Shown here: positions 55,880-64,000 of the stretch, piece by piece
How the letters are laid out: every line of letters begins with the position of its first letter
How positions within the stretch are numbered: the stretch's first letter is position 1
Origin: a virus
Taxonomy: Duplodnaviria > Heunggongvirae > Uroviricota > Caudoviricetes
DNA length: 64,000 nucleotides
Reading direction: 5' to 3' (one strand)
Virus record (IMG/VR): IMGVR_UViG_3300028298_000002
Notes under the pieces: model-generated
Told to the model about the DNA's origin: nothing
Databases searched by the model: none
The model's input: the letters and a program-made list of their open reading frames with translations, nothing else
Translations under genes and position numbers: made by a program

Positions 55880-58411
55880 ATGATTAAACTAAGACCATAT
55901 CAGCAAAAATTTGTGGATGAAATTCGAACGAAACTTTTCAAAAAAGAAAGGGTAATCGCATGTGCTGCTACGGGGTGTCATGCGGTAGGCACTAAAATAT
56001 TAATGTACAATGGATCTTTAAAAAATGTTGAAGATATATGTGTAGGAGATGCATTAATGGGCAACGATAGCACGAAAAGAACTGTGGATAGATTAATAAG
56101 AGGGAGGGAGTTGATGTATCAGATAACTCCAGTTAAGGGTGATTCATTTATTGTTAATGGAAATCATATTCTTTCTCTTAAAAGAACTACTAGCGATAAA
56201 AATTCAAGAGGCCGCGAACCAATAATGAATTTATCGGTTAATGATTACATTAAAACAAATAAAAATTTCAAGCATTTGTATAAATTATACAGAACCGGCA
56301 TTGATTTTAATTCATATAGCGAAAAATTAAGAACACACCCCTACTTTGTTGGATTATGGCTTGGAGATGGCACTATGGCAAATACCGCACTTACAAATCC
56401 AGATAAAGAAGTTCAGAGTTGGATGCTAAATGAATTTCAGGAGGACTGTAAAATTAATCACGAAGGGGTTATTGTTAAGGTTGTAAAGAACAAAGATAGG
56501 TGCGATACAATATTTTCGAATGTCCCAATTGGCGGAGGGAGGGGGAATCACAACAATTCATTGTTAAATTTTACTAGAACGCTTATTAGTAATAGTGAAA
56601 AAAGAATCCCTAAAGACTATTTAATAAATAGCAGAGAAGTAAGGTTGCAAGTATTAGCAGGGTTACTAGACACAGATGGGTATAGAGGACATGGAGGATA
56701 TGAAATAACAACTAAATATAATGGACTTTCGGATGATATATTATTCCTTGCTAGATCACTTGGATTAGCTGCTTATGTTAGTAAAAAAATAGGGAAAATA
56801 AAAAAACTTAATTTTATAGGAGAATATTTTCGAATTTCTATATCGGGCGATTGTTCAATAATCCCTTGTAAAATAGAAAGAAAAAAAGCGAGTGTTAGGC
56901 AACAAATTAAAAGTGTTCTTACAACTGGCTTTTCAATACAAGAATTACCAGAAGATAATTTTTACGGTTTTGAATTAGATGGAAATAATCTTTATTGTAT
57001 GGGGGATTTTACAATAACACATAATAGTGGTAAAACCAAATGCTTCATCGCAATCTCAAATATGGCTATTTCAAAAGGGAAGACAGTTTTGATAATGTCC
57101 GAAACTGCAAAAATATTTTCCCAAATATCTAAAGAAATAGAAAATTGTGTTAATATCGAAAGCAAAGTTAAAACGCTTGACGTAAAGCCAACTCACATCT
57201 ACGTTGCGATGTCCCAAACTCTAGCAAAGAGACCAAATATTATTTCTAAATTTTTAGAATTAGGCAAAGATCTTATAATCATAGCCGATGAATGCCATAT
57301 TGGGACCTTTACTAAATTAATAATGCAATTTCGTAATAGTTCATATATAATAGGCTTTTCAGCTACTCCAGATTTCAGATTTGCGAAGCACCTTCCACTT
57401 TTATACCACGATATTATTATTGGCGCTCAGCCGCAAGAACTAGTAGAAATGGGGTTTCTTGCACCATATTATCACTACGAAAGAAAGGTTGTTGATTTGA
57501 AAGGCTTAAAAAAAAGCAGCACTGGCGACTTTACAGAACAATCGCAGGAACAGGCTTTTGAAAAGGCTATTGTTTACGATGGAATATTTGAAGACATCGT
57601 AAAGTTTAAATTCAGGAAGTGTATGATCTTCACCGCGTCCATTCAACATGCAGAAGATGTTGGACAAAAAATGAGAAGTCGTGGATACAAAGTCGCTGTA
57701 TGCCATTCAAAGAATCCTGAATCTGATTTTGAATTATTTCAGTTTTTAAATCTCAATAGCGGAATTGATATTTGTATCAGTGTAGCATCGCTCACAAAAG
57801 GCTTTGACGCGCCTTCGGTGGACAATATAATTTTACTAAGAAGTACACTTTCGCTACCGCTATACCTTCAGATGATTGGTCGTGGATCCAGGATAAATGA
57901 ATTTACTGGGAAGACTAAATTCACAGTAATTGATTATGGTGGAAATGCTACAAGACATGGACTTTGGAACTTTGAAAGAGACTGGAGTTCTATGTGGTCT
58001 GGTAAACAAAAAACGAAAGGCGAAGGTATAGCTCCAGTGAAGACGTGTCCCAACAAATTACCTCCATTGAATCAACAATGTGGATATATGATGCATACAA
58101 ATGTTATGATTTGTCCTGATTGTGGATTTGTATTTGAAAAGAAAAAAGTTGATGCGAAAGAAACTGAGCTTGTTGAATTAAATACACGATACAATGCATT
58201 ACGGGGTAGAAAAATTTCTACGCTTACACCTAGCGAATTAGTGGACTATGCAAGAAGTACAAACAAGAAAAAATACGCTGAACGCATTGCAAAATCAAAA
58301 GGGATGGATTACCTACGTGAATATGGATTTAAAATGGGATATAAGGAAAGCTGGGTATATGCAACGCATACAGATGAAGTAGTAGAATTTTATGATGTAG
58401 AAATTAAATAA
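55880..58411 (+). CDS. SF2 DEAD/DEAH-box DNA helicase interrupted by a LAGLIDADG intein in the Walker A loop
   Basis: Extein: LRPYQQKFV...ACAATG | SGKTKCFIA restores GxGKT. Then IIADECHIG (DECH), GFSATPDF (motif III), QMIGRGSR (motif VI), and C-terminal Cys clusters. Confidence 0.85.
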   Translation: MIKLRPYQQKFVDEIRTKLFKKERVIACAATGCHAVGTKILMYNGSLKNVEDICVGDALMGNDSTKRTVDRLIRGRELMYQITPVKGDSFIVNGNHILSLKRTTSDKNSRGREPIMNLSVNDYIKTNKNFKHLYKLYRTGIDFNSYSEKLRTHPYFVGLWLGDGTMANTALTNPDKEVQSWMLNEFQEDCKINHEGVIVKVVKNKDRCDTIFSNVPIGGGRGNHNNSLLNFTRTLISNSEKRIPKDYLINSREVRLQVLAGLLDTDGYRGHGGYEITTKYNGLSDDILFLARSLGLAAYVSKKIGKIKKLNFIGEYFRISISGDCSIIPCKIERKKASVRQQIKSVLTTGFSIQELPEDNFYGFELDGNNLYCMGDFTITHNSGKTKCFIAISNMAISKGKTVLIMSETAKIFSQISKEIENCVNIESKVKTLDVKPTHIYVAMSQTLAKRPNIISKFLELGKDLIIIADECHIGTFTKLIMQFRNSSYIIGFSATPDFRFAKHLPLLYHDIIIGAQPQELVEMGFLAPYYHYERKVVDLKGLKKSSTGDFTEQSQEQAFEKAIVYDGIFEDIVKFKFRKCMIFTASIQHAEDVGQKMRSRGYKVAVCHSKNPESDFELFQFLNLNSGIDICISVASLTKGFDAPSVDNIILLRSTLSLPLYLQMIGRGSRINEFTGKTKFTVIDYGGNATRHGLWNFERDWSSMWSGKQKTKGEGIAPVKTCPNKLPPLNQQCGYMMHTNVMICPDCGFVFEKKKVDAKETELVELNTRYNALRGRKISTLTPSELVDYARSTNKKKYAERIAKSKGMDYLREYGFKMGYKESWVYATHTDEVVEFYDVEIK
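55976..57025 (+). mobile_element. intein (350 aa) with LAGLIDADG homing endonuclease domain
   Basis: Begins CHAVGTKIL immediately after ACAATG. Ends ...FTITHN, followed by extein Ser. Two dodecapeptide motifs FVGLWLGDGTMAN and LAGLLDTDGYRGHGG. Confidence 0.8.
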
Positions 58412-58641
58412 AAAAATAAATAAAAAAATGGAAATGTACCCAATTACTTACAAAGGAAAGGTTTATCATAAAAAAGATTGCGATGATATATTTGAACAAT
58501 TCTATACTTGTGCTGACGCTTTAACTAATGAAGGTATGGTATATATAGCAGATGGAACTTATGTTGCACCAGATGGATCGATGCACCACACTAGATAAAA
58601 GAAAAATGAAATTATTTGTGAATAATTAAAATATTAAATAA

Positions 58642-59220
58642 ATGGAAACAACAACAAAAGAAAAGAAGAAGAAGCCTGAATCGGAAATGACTGCGATTGA
58701 ATTAATGCAAGATATGATGAAGGTAAACGAAAAAGATGATGATGAAATATTTATAAAGTCATATCTATTAGAAAGAGTTTTTTATAGTTGGGAATTGCCA
58801 TTCTATGATAAAGGACGTTTATTTTTTTTCGAAGAAAAAGATAAACTATTTGGCGATAAGGTCTTAATTGCTATCTATTCCGAAGGTGAAGCAGAAGGTC
58901 ATTCTGAAAAAATGGGAATCGATGTGAAGAAACATTTTGTTGTGGACGAATATACATTGTTGCCAAAATCATCTATTAAATTTCTTGAAGTAACACAGAA
59001 TTCTTGTCAGAATCCTGATTGCAAATCCTGTGTTGAAGGAGAACCACAACCCGCTAGATTAGATATTGTTACAGAATCAAGAACAATACCATTAATGTCA
59101 TTCACACAATCGAATGCTCTTGATTTAATGGTATTGCTTAATTGCTGGAAAGAGGGCGGATTAAAGCAGTTTGTCGAAACGCCATTTGAAGATGAAGATT
59201 CGTTTAAAGAAAAAAAATAA
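58642..59220 (+). CDS. hypothetical protein (192 aa)
   Basis: ORF. Confidence 0.5.
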   Translation: METTTKEKKKKPESEMTAIELMQDMMKVNEKDDDEIFIKSYLLERVFYSWELPFYDKGRLFFFEEKDKLFGDKVLIAIYSEGEAEGHSEKMGIDVKKHFVVDEYTLLPKSSIKFLEVTQNSCQNPDCKSCVEGEPQPARLDIVTESRTIPLMSFTQSNALDLMVLLNCWKEGGLKQFVETPFEDEDSFKEKK

Positions 59221-59711
59221 TGAAACAGATACCGCTATCATCAAAAAAATCGCCTGGAAATTTCGCATTAGTTGATGACGAAGATTATGATTTTCTTAAT
59301 CAATTTAGTTGGTATTTAGTGGAATCAAAAAGAAATTTATATGCAAGAACACACAATGGAGAAAGGAAGGTTTTAATGCATCGAATGATAATGAAATTAG
59401 GTAACGGCAACGAAGACAAAAGGCTTGTAGATCACATAGATAATTTTGGACTGAACTGCCAAAAGTATAATATGAGGGTTTGTAACACGAGTCAAAACAA
59501 TCGTAACAGAGATAGTGCTTTAAATAAAACATCCAACTATTTAGGAGTTTGTTGGCATAAAAGAGATCAGTTGTGGGTTGCTCAAATAAGAGCAGATAAT
59601 AAACCTATGTGGATAGGTAATTTTAAGACTGAAATTGAAGCTGCCAAAGCGTATAATAAAGAAGCAATCCAACTTCATGGCGAATTCGCCAACTTAAACA
59701 CATTTGAATAA
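59220..59711 (+). CDS. HNH homing endonuclease with AP2 domain (paralog of 38486..39022)
   Basis: ALVDDEDYDFLNQFSWYL...VDHIDNFGLNCQKYNMRVCNTSQNNRN, plus AP2-like WVAQIRADNKPMWIGNFKTEIEAAKAYNKEAIQLHGEFANLN. Confidence 0.8.
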   Translation: MKQIPLSSKKSPGNFALVDDEDYDFLNQFSWYLVESKRNLYARTHNGERKVLMHRMIMKLGNGNEDKRLVDHIDNFGLNCQKYNMRVCNTSQNNRNRDSALNKTSNYLGVCWHKRDQLWVAQIRADNKPMWIGNFKTEIEAAKAYNKEAIQLHGEFANLNTFE

Positions 59712-62215
59712 TGGACGAAATATCAAAATCGTGGAAAATAAATTCTGACTACCTTAAACAAGGCATCTCGCTTATTCCCGTAAGAGATAAGGCTGACAGT
59801 AAGTACCCAGCAAAAACGCCTATGTTTGGATGGAAGCGCTATCAGGAGGAAATAATTACTGAAGCTGAGTTATTTCAACAGCTAGAGAAATTTAATACCA
59901 CTGCTGTTGCCTTCGTGATGGGGCGGGTTTCGGGTAATTTTGAGGGGATAGATATTGATGAAAAAAATTGGATCGGCATATCGGTTATGTTTTTCGATCA
60001 GATTGAAAAATTAATGCCTAGCGTGTGGGCCAAACTTAGAATCCATAAGTCCCCATCAGGCGGAAGACATATTTTATACAGAATTTCAGACCACGAACCA
60101 GAAGGCAACAGGAAACTTGCTTGGAAAGAAGGGATGAAGGAGGCAGCGATTGAAACTCGCGGAGAAGGAGGAATTTTATTAAATGATTCTTGCTTAAATT
60201 ATTCAGCTGAGTTTGATCGTCCAATACCAACTATTACTTGGCTGGAAAGATGTTCTCTTTTTGCAATAGCTACTAGTTTTAATCAGAAAATAAAAGTTGA
60301 AGCTATTAAGCCAAAGAGAGAGCAAACAGATTTTTATACAGAAAATCCATTTGAGGACTATAATAAAAAAGATGGCGGAACAATATTAACTGAATATGGT
60401 TGGAAGGTGATAGGAAGTGAAAATAATAAATACATTTATTATACACGTCCAGGGAAAACAGAAGGTATTTCAGCATCTTTTAATAAGGAAACGAATGTTT
60501 ATTTCGTATTTACTTCTTCAACAGAATTTGAACCAAGTGTTGGCTACTTCCCATCAATGGTTTTGTCAAAGTTGCAATTCAACAACGACAATAAGGCTGT
60601 TTATCAGTACTTGGTTGAAAAAGGATATGGTAGTGTAAATAAAACAAAGGAATTAAAATTCGCTGAACAATATGCGAAGAAAAAAATTCCTCTTCCGAAT
60701 AACTTTTCCGAAGAAGCAAAAGGAAAATACAAAGAAGTAACAGAAAAAATTGAAGAAGCTTACCCATATGGTGTGTTCATTAAAACGGATCCACAAGATG
60801 AAGACGGCAAGATGGAAGTTAGCCGGGAAGCTCTTTATTATATTTCTGGAAAACTTGGCTTCCGCTTCTATGAAAATAACATCGTTAGAATTGAGGACCA
60901 CGTAGTTCGTAAATGTACTGAACGCGAATACTACGATGAGGTGAAAGAATACATCAAGGCGGATGATCCTGACGAACTGGAAATGCTTTTAAACATCTGG
61001 GAAAAATTTATCCAGAAAAACGGCTCTTTTACGATGTCTAGGCTACCCGAATTCGATACTGAGCTACTTATCAAGGATGATAGACAAAACGCTTACCAGT
61101 TCTTTAGAAATGGTTTTTTGCACATAACGTCTGGTGTGATGGAATTCAAGGATTATGAAGAATTTGACCAGCTTGTGTTCAAAGAAAAAATCAGAGACCG
61201 CGACTACGTTGAAACGGATAATACGGGGGTGTATGGCGAATATCTTCAGAATTGTGTTGGATTGAATGATTATACAAAAGCGATTATTGGGTTCCTTGTC
61301 CACGATTTTAAAAATTCATCAACTGGTTTTATTCCGGTGCTGACTGAACAATGTGAAAACCCCGAAGATGGTGGTGGTTCTGGAAAGAATGTGTTTTGTA
61401 ACCTACTTTCACACGCGACATCGTTCATTAATAAGAATTGTGCTGGGGTGAAGTATGATGAAAAGTTCTTCCAGATGTGGACAGGTCAAAGAATTATGGC
61501 ACTTTCGGATCTGCCTGAACACTTTGATTTTGGATTTATAAAAGAGGCAGCAACTGGATCTCTTTTGCACAAGCGGTTGTTTAAAGATGAGGTGGAAGTG
61601 CCGGTGGACAGAACCCCAAAGATTGTTTGCCAAACCAACTATTCGGTTGAAAATGTGGATGGGGGTATCAAAAGAAGGATTCGGCTTTTGGAATTTACTG
61701 ACTTCTACACCAAAGCTGGAGGAATTGATGAACATCACAAAAAGCATTTTCCAGAAGATTGGACTGCGGATGACTGGCACGGGTACGATAGCGTGATAGC
61801 TAGTTCTATCCAAGTGTATCTTCAAAACAATTGTAAAATCAATAAGCCAACTATTACTGAAGGCGGATGGATGAAGCGATTTAGACAGACTTACGGACCA
61901 ACCATTGCTGATATTTTGCATGTTTATTTTAAAGGCTGGGTTGAAAAAGGAGCTGTTTCGAAAGATGATTTCAACAAGGATCTGAATGAATATTATTCGG
62001 ACAATGGGGTTCAGAAAAAGTATGAAGTGTCGTCAATGAAGATGAATAAGGCATTAGCTGAATTTTGTAGCCACCACGACATTAAATTTAACAAGGATCA
62101 CCAATGGTCAGAAAACAATATTAAGGTCAAGGGGAAGCTATTTGGGGTGCAAATTGAAGGCTTTGACGATGAAGAAGATGGTGTTAAGGGTTACGAAAAA
62201 GATGTGCCGTTTTAA
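59711..62215 (+). CDS. DNA primase-polymerase (Prim-Pol / D5-P4-like primase) with degenerate P-loop
   Basis: N-terminal Prim-Pol-like GISLIPVRDKADSKYPAKTPMFGWKRYQ...AVAFVMGR..EGIDIDEK. Later EDGGGSGKNVFCNLLSH (Walker-A-like but GKN, not GKS/T). Confidence 0.55.
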   Translation: MDEISKSWKINSDYLKQGISLIPVRDKADSKYPAKTPMFGWKRYQEEIITEAELFQQLEKFNTTAVAFVMGRVSGNFEGIDIDEKNWIGISVMFFDQIEKLMPSVWAKLRIHKSPSGGRHILYRISDHEPEGNRKLAWKEGMKEAAIETRGEGGILLNDSCLNYSAEFDRPIPTITWLERCSLFAIATSFNQKIKVEAIKPKREQTDFYTENPFEDYNKKDGGTILTEYGWKVIGSENNKYIYYTRPGKTEGISASFNKETNVYFVFTSSTEFEPSVGYFPSMVLSKLQFNNDNKAVYQYLVEKGYGSVNKTKELKFAEQYAKKKIPLPNNFSEEAKGKYKEVTEKIEEAYPYGVFIKTDPQDEDGKMEVSREALYYISGKLGFRFYENNIVRIEDHVVRKCTEREYYDEVKEYIKADDPDELEMLLNIWEKFIQKNGSFTMSRLPEFDTELLIKDDRQNAYQFFRNGFLHITSGVMEFKDYEEFDQLVFKEKIRDRDYVETDNTGVYGEYLQNCVGLNDYTKAIIGFLVHDFKNSSTGFIPVLTEQCENPEDGGGSGKNVFCNLLSHATSFINKNCAGVKYDEKFFQMWTGQRIMALSDLPEHFDFGFIKEAATGSLLHKRLFKDEVEVPVDRTPKIVCQTNYSVENVDGGIKRRIRLLEFTDFYTKAGGIDEHHKKHFPEDWTADDWHGYDSVIASSIQVYLQNNCKINKPTITEGGWMKRFRQTYGPTIADILHVYFKGWVEKGAVSKDDFNKDLNEYYSDNGVQKKYEVSSMKMNKALAEFCSHHDIKFNKDHQWSENNIKVKGKLFGVQIEGFDDEEDGVKGYEKDVPF

Positions 62216-62399
62216 AAAATAGAAAAATGAGCAATAAATTATTAACATTTTGGGTAGTGATGCTACTTTTTATAGCGATTAATTATGATTGCAAAATCAA
62301 GAAACTTCAAAAAGAAATTGACTTAATGGTTCACACGGATTCATTGCACAACGAAATAAATATTCTTTTGCAGAAAAGAACAAACAGACTTGATTCACT

Positions 62400-62630
62400 A
62401 TGGAAAAAAAAGAACTTTTATTAGTCCTAGACTACGTATCGACAAGAAAAACGCTTTCTTGTGCAAACCTACAACTACGCTTTAAAAAAGGCTACAATTG
62501 GGCTGGACGAATGATGGATTATTTAGAAGATAAAAAATTAGTTGGACCATTTAGCGGTGTTAGAGACCGTGATGTTATTGGTTCTGCTGAATTGTTTGAA
62601 GAAATTAAAAACGTAGAAAAAAATGGTTAA
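62400..62630 (+). CDS. FtsK-gamma-like winged-helix domain protein (standalone)
   Basis: LLLVLDYVSTRKTLSCANLQLRFKKGYNWAGRMMDYLEDKKLVGPFSGVRDRDVIG resembles the FtsK gamma pattern (a..V....kaS.S.LQRrlriGYnRAarl.d.mE..GiVgp..Gsk.ReVL). Confidence 0.5.
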   Translation: MEKKELLLVLDYVSTRKTLSCANLQLRFKKGYNWAGRMMDYLEDKKLVGPFSGVRDRDVIGSAELFEEIKNVEKNG

Positions 62631-62991
62631 ACAAGTCCACTACCCAGCAATAGAAATCGACAATAACGAAAAAGATATTGTTCAGATTTGGCAGAACGGA
62701 AAGGAAGATAGCAACGTGATTCAGGTTGAACGCGGAAAAATGGATGAACTAATTTCAAAGTTGGTCGAAGCGAAAAATGTTCCAGTAACAAAGGCTGTTT
62801 ACGATTATGATTGGGTTAAACCTGGCGTACAAGCCTGGATTTCAAGTATATTTTTAATGCCTACTGAAGTTACGATTATAGGAGTGAATCGTGAGCTAAA
62901 GGTAGCAAACGTAAAAACTGAAAATCAAAGCGGTGTCGTTGTTGGCTTGGACAGATTATACAAAACAGAAAAAGAATGCCCTTGCAGATGA
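62623..62991 (+). CDS. hypothetical protein (122 aa)
   Basis: ORF. Confidence 0.45.
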   Translation: MVKQVHYPAIEIDNNEKDIVQIWQNGKEDSNVIQVERGKMDELISKLVEAKNVPVTKAVYDYDWVKPGVQAWISSIFLMPTEVTIIGVNRELKVANVKTENQSGVVVGLDRLYKTEKECPCR

Positions 62992-63156
62992 GACTGAAAC
63001 TAAAAGATATTTTAATCAAAGGATCTAAAATTGGTGCTTTGAAGATTAAGGATACCAAAGAAGTTCGGGACTTAATTGAAAGAACCATAGCTGAACAAAA
63101 AGCCATTTTAGAACTGAAAGAACAACCATTAATTAACCATATAATTACTATTTAAA

Positions 63157-63588
63157 ATGAAACTAAAAATCAGAACAAAAAAAGAAGTAGATATCAAAAC
63201 GCTTGTGGTTAAAGCAGAAGTTCGCTATTGGGAAGATGCTACCGTTGATGGTGTTGAAGATGACAACGGCAACCTAATTCCTTGTCGAAGTGGCGATTTG
63301 TGGAATCCAATTATTGATATTGAAACTGGTGTAATCACCAACTGGAAACAAGGCACGAAGGCGGAAGTACATTACAAAGTTTGCGACTGCGGAAGCTACT
63401 ATTTGCAAGACGGAAATGGCGATGAAGTATTAATGATTGAAGACAATTATGTTCCAAGCATTATGTGTCCGAAAGAAGCTGGATATGGCGATTATATCAT
63501 TATGGACATTGATGAAAATGGGAAGATTGACAAATGGAAATGTACTCCAGAATTGTTGCGACAATTTGAACAGGAAGAAGAAGATTAA
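63157..63588 (+). CDS. hypothetical protein (143 aa)
   Basis: ORF. Confidence 0.5.
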   Translation: MKLKIRTKKEVDIKTLVVKAEVRYWEDATVDGVEDDNGNLIPCRSGDLWNPIIDIETGVITNWKQGTKAEVHYKVCDCGSYYLQDGNGDEVLMIEDNYVPSIMCPKEAGYGDYIIMDIDENGKIDKWKCTPELLRQFEQEEED

Positions 63589-63598
63589 AAAAATAAAC

Positions 63599-63613
63599 CT
63601 AACTAACTAACTA
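63599..63613 (+). promoter_or_regulatory. CTAACTAACTAACTA motif 1 nt upstream of ATG 63615
   Basis: cctaactaactaactagATG. Confidence 0.5.
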
Positions 63614-63614
63614 G

Positions 63615-64000
63615 ATGAAAAAAATCACACTTTGTGGCTCAACCAAATTCAAAAGAGAATTTGAAGCCATCAACAAACAGCTTTCCCTTGAAGGACACGT
63701 TGTTTACTCTGTTGCCTTTTTTGGACACGCTGACAAGATTCCTTTAACTCCTGAACAAAAAACTTTATTGGATGAAGTTCACAAGCGGAAAATCGACAAT
63801 TCCGATGGCATCCTTGTCGTTGATGTCGATGGCTACATTGGAGAAAGCACACAATCCGAAATCTACTACGCTCAAAACAATAAAAAATTCGTTAAGTATT
63901 TATCAGAATTTCCTGACCTGAAAATGATGTGCGACACGCTGTTGTTTGAAAAAATGAGTGGAATGAAGATAATCATTGGCGAAGCATTTGTCAAGGGCAT
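63615..64000 (+). CDS. hypothetical protein, N-terminal part (runs off window end)
   Basis: ATG at 63615 preceded by the CTAACTAACTA motif. Open to 64000 (MKKITLCGSTKFKREFEAINKQLSLEGHVVYSVAFFGHADKIPL...). Confidence 0.4.
   Translation, partial: MKKITLCGSTKFKREFEAINKQLSLEGHVVYSVAFFGHADKIPLTPEQKTLLDEVHKRKIDNSDGILVVDVDGYIGESTQSEIYYAQNNKKFVKYLSEFPDLKMMCDTLLFEKMSGMKIIIGEAFVKG

Overview
The whole 64 kb window looks like part of a large, AT-rich bacteriophage genome (or a very large prophage). No host housekeeping genes are visible.

Layout: genes on the minus strand run tightly packed from 1 to 39022. There is an AT-rich strand-switch region at 39023-39315, and genes then run on the plus strand from 39316 to the end of the window. 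Almost none of the genes has a Shine-Dalgarno sequence, and a conserved CTAACTAACTA element sits directly against many start codons. The lipobox-type lipoproteins and the absence of Shine-Dalgarno sequences hint at a Bacteroidetes-like host, but this is inference only.

Recognisable gene content:
- Mobile and recombination genes: a tyrosine integrase, a GIY-YIG homing endonuclease, two paralogous HNH-AP2 homing endonucleases, an endonuclease VII, and a LAGLIDADG intein splitting the Walker A P-loop of an SF2 helicase.
- DNA metabolism and replication: two C5-cytosine DNA methyltransferases on opposite strands, a small amino-methyltransferase, a divergent ThyA-family enzyme, and a Prim-Pol/D5-like primase.
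- NAD module: a nicotinamide phosphoribosyltransferase homolog and a PRPP-synthetase homolog, together with a NADAR domain protein, a HAD-like hydrolase and an acyl-carrier-protein-like gene.
- Anti-defence-like genes: a RelA/SpoT-type small alarmone hydrolase and a DUF2829 (Tad2-like) protein.
- Regulators and chaperones: DnaJ, an XRE-family HTH protein, a LytTR domain protein and an FtsK-gamma-like winged helix.
- Other: a membrane module (lipoprotein, membrane-anchored protein, SPFH/band-7 lipoprotein), a SEC-C motif protein and one tRNA-like element.

The most unusual feature is a cluster at 6.1-12.6 kb. It encodes four different sugar-modifying enzymes (two O-methyltransferase-like, two glycosyltransferase-like). 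Each carries the same short N-terminal peptide, FDPR(N/D)PSGE, followed by a disordered linker, and one of them carries the peptide twice in tandem. This looks like a shared targeting, docking or processing tag. The cluster is interleaved with members of a modular paralog family.
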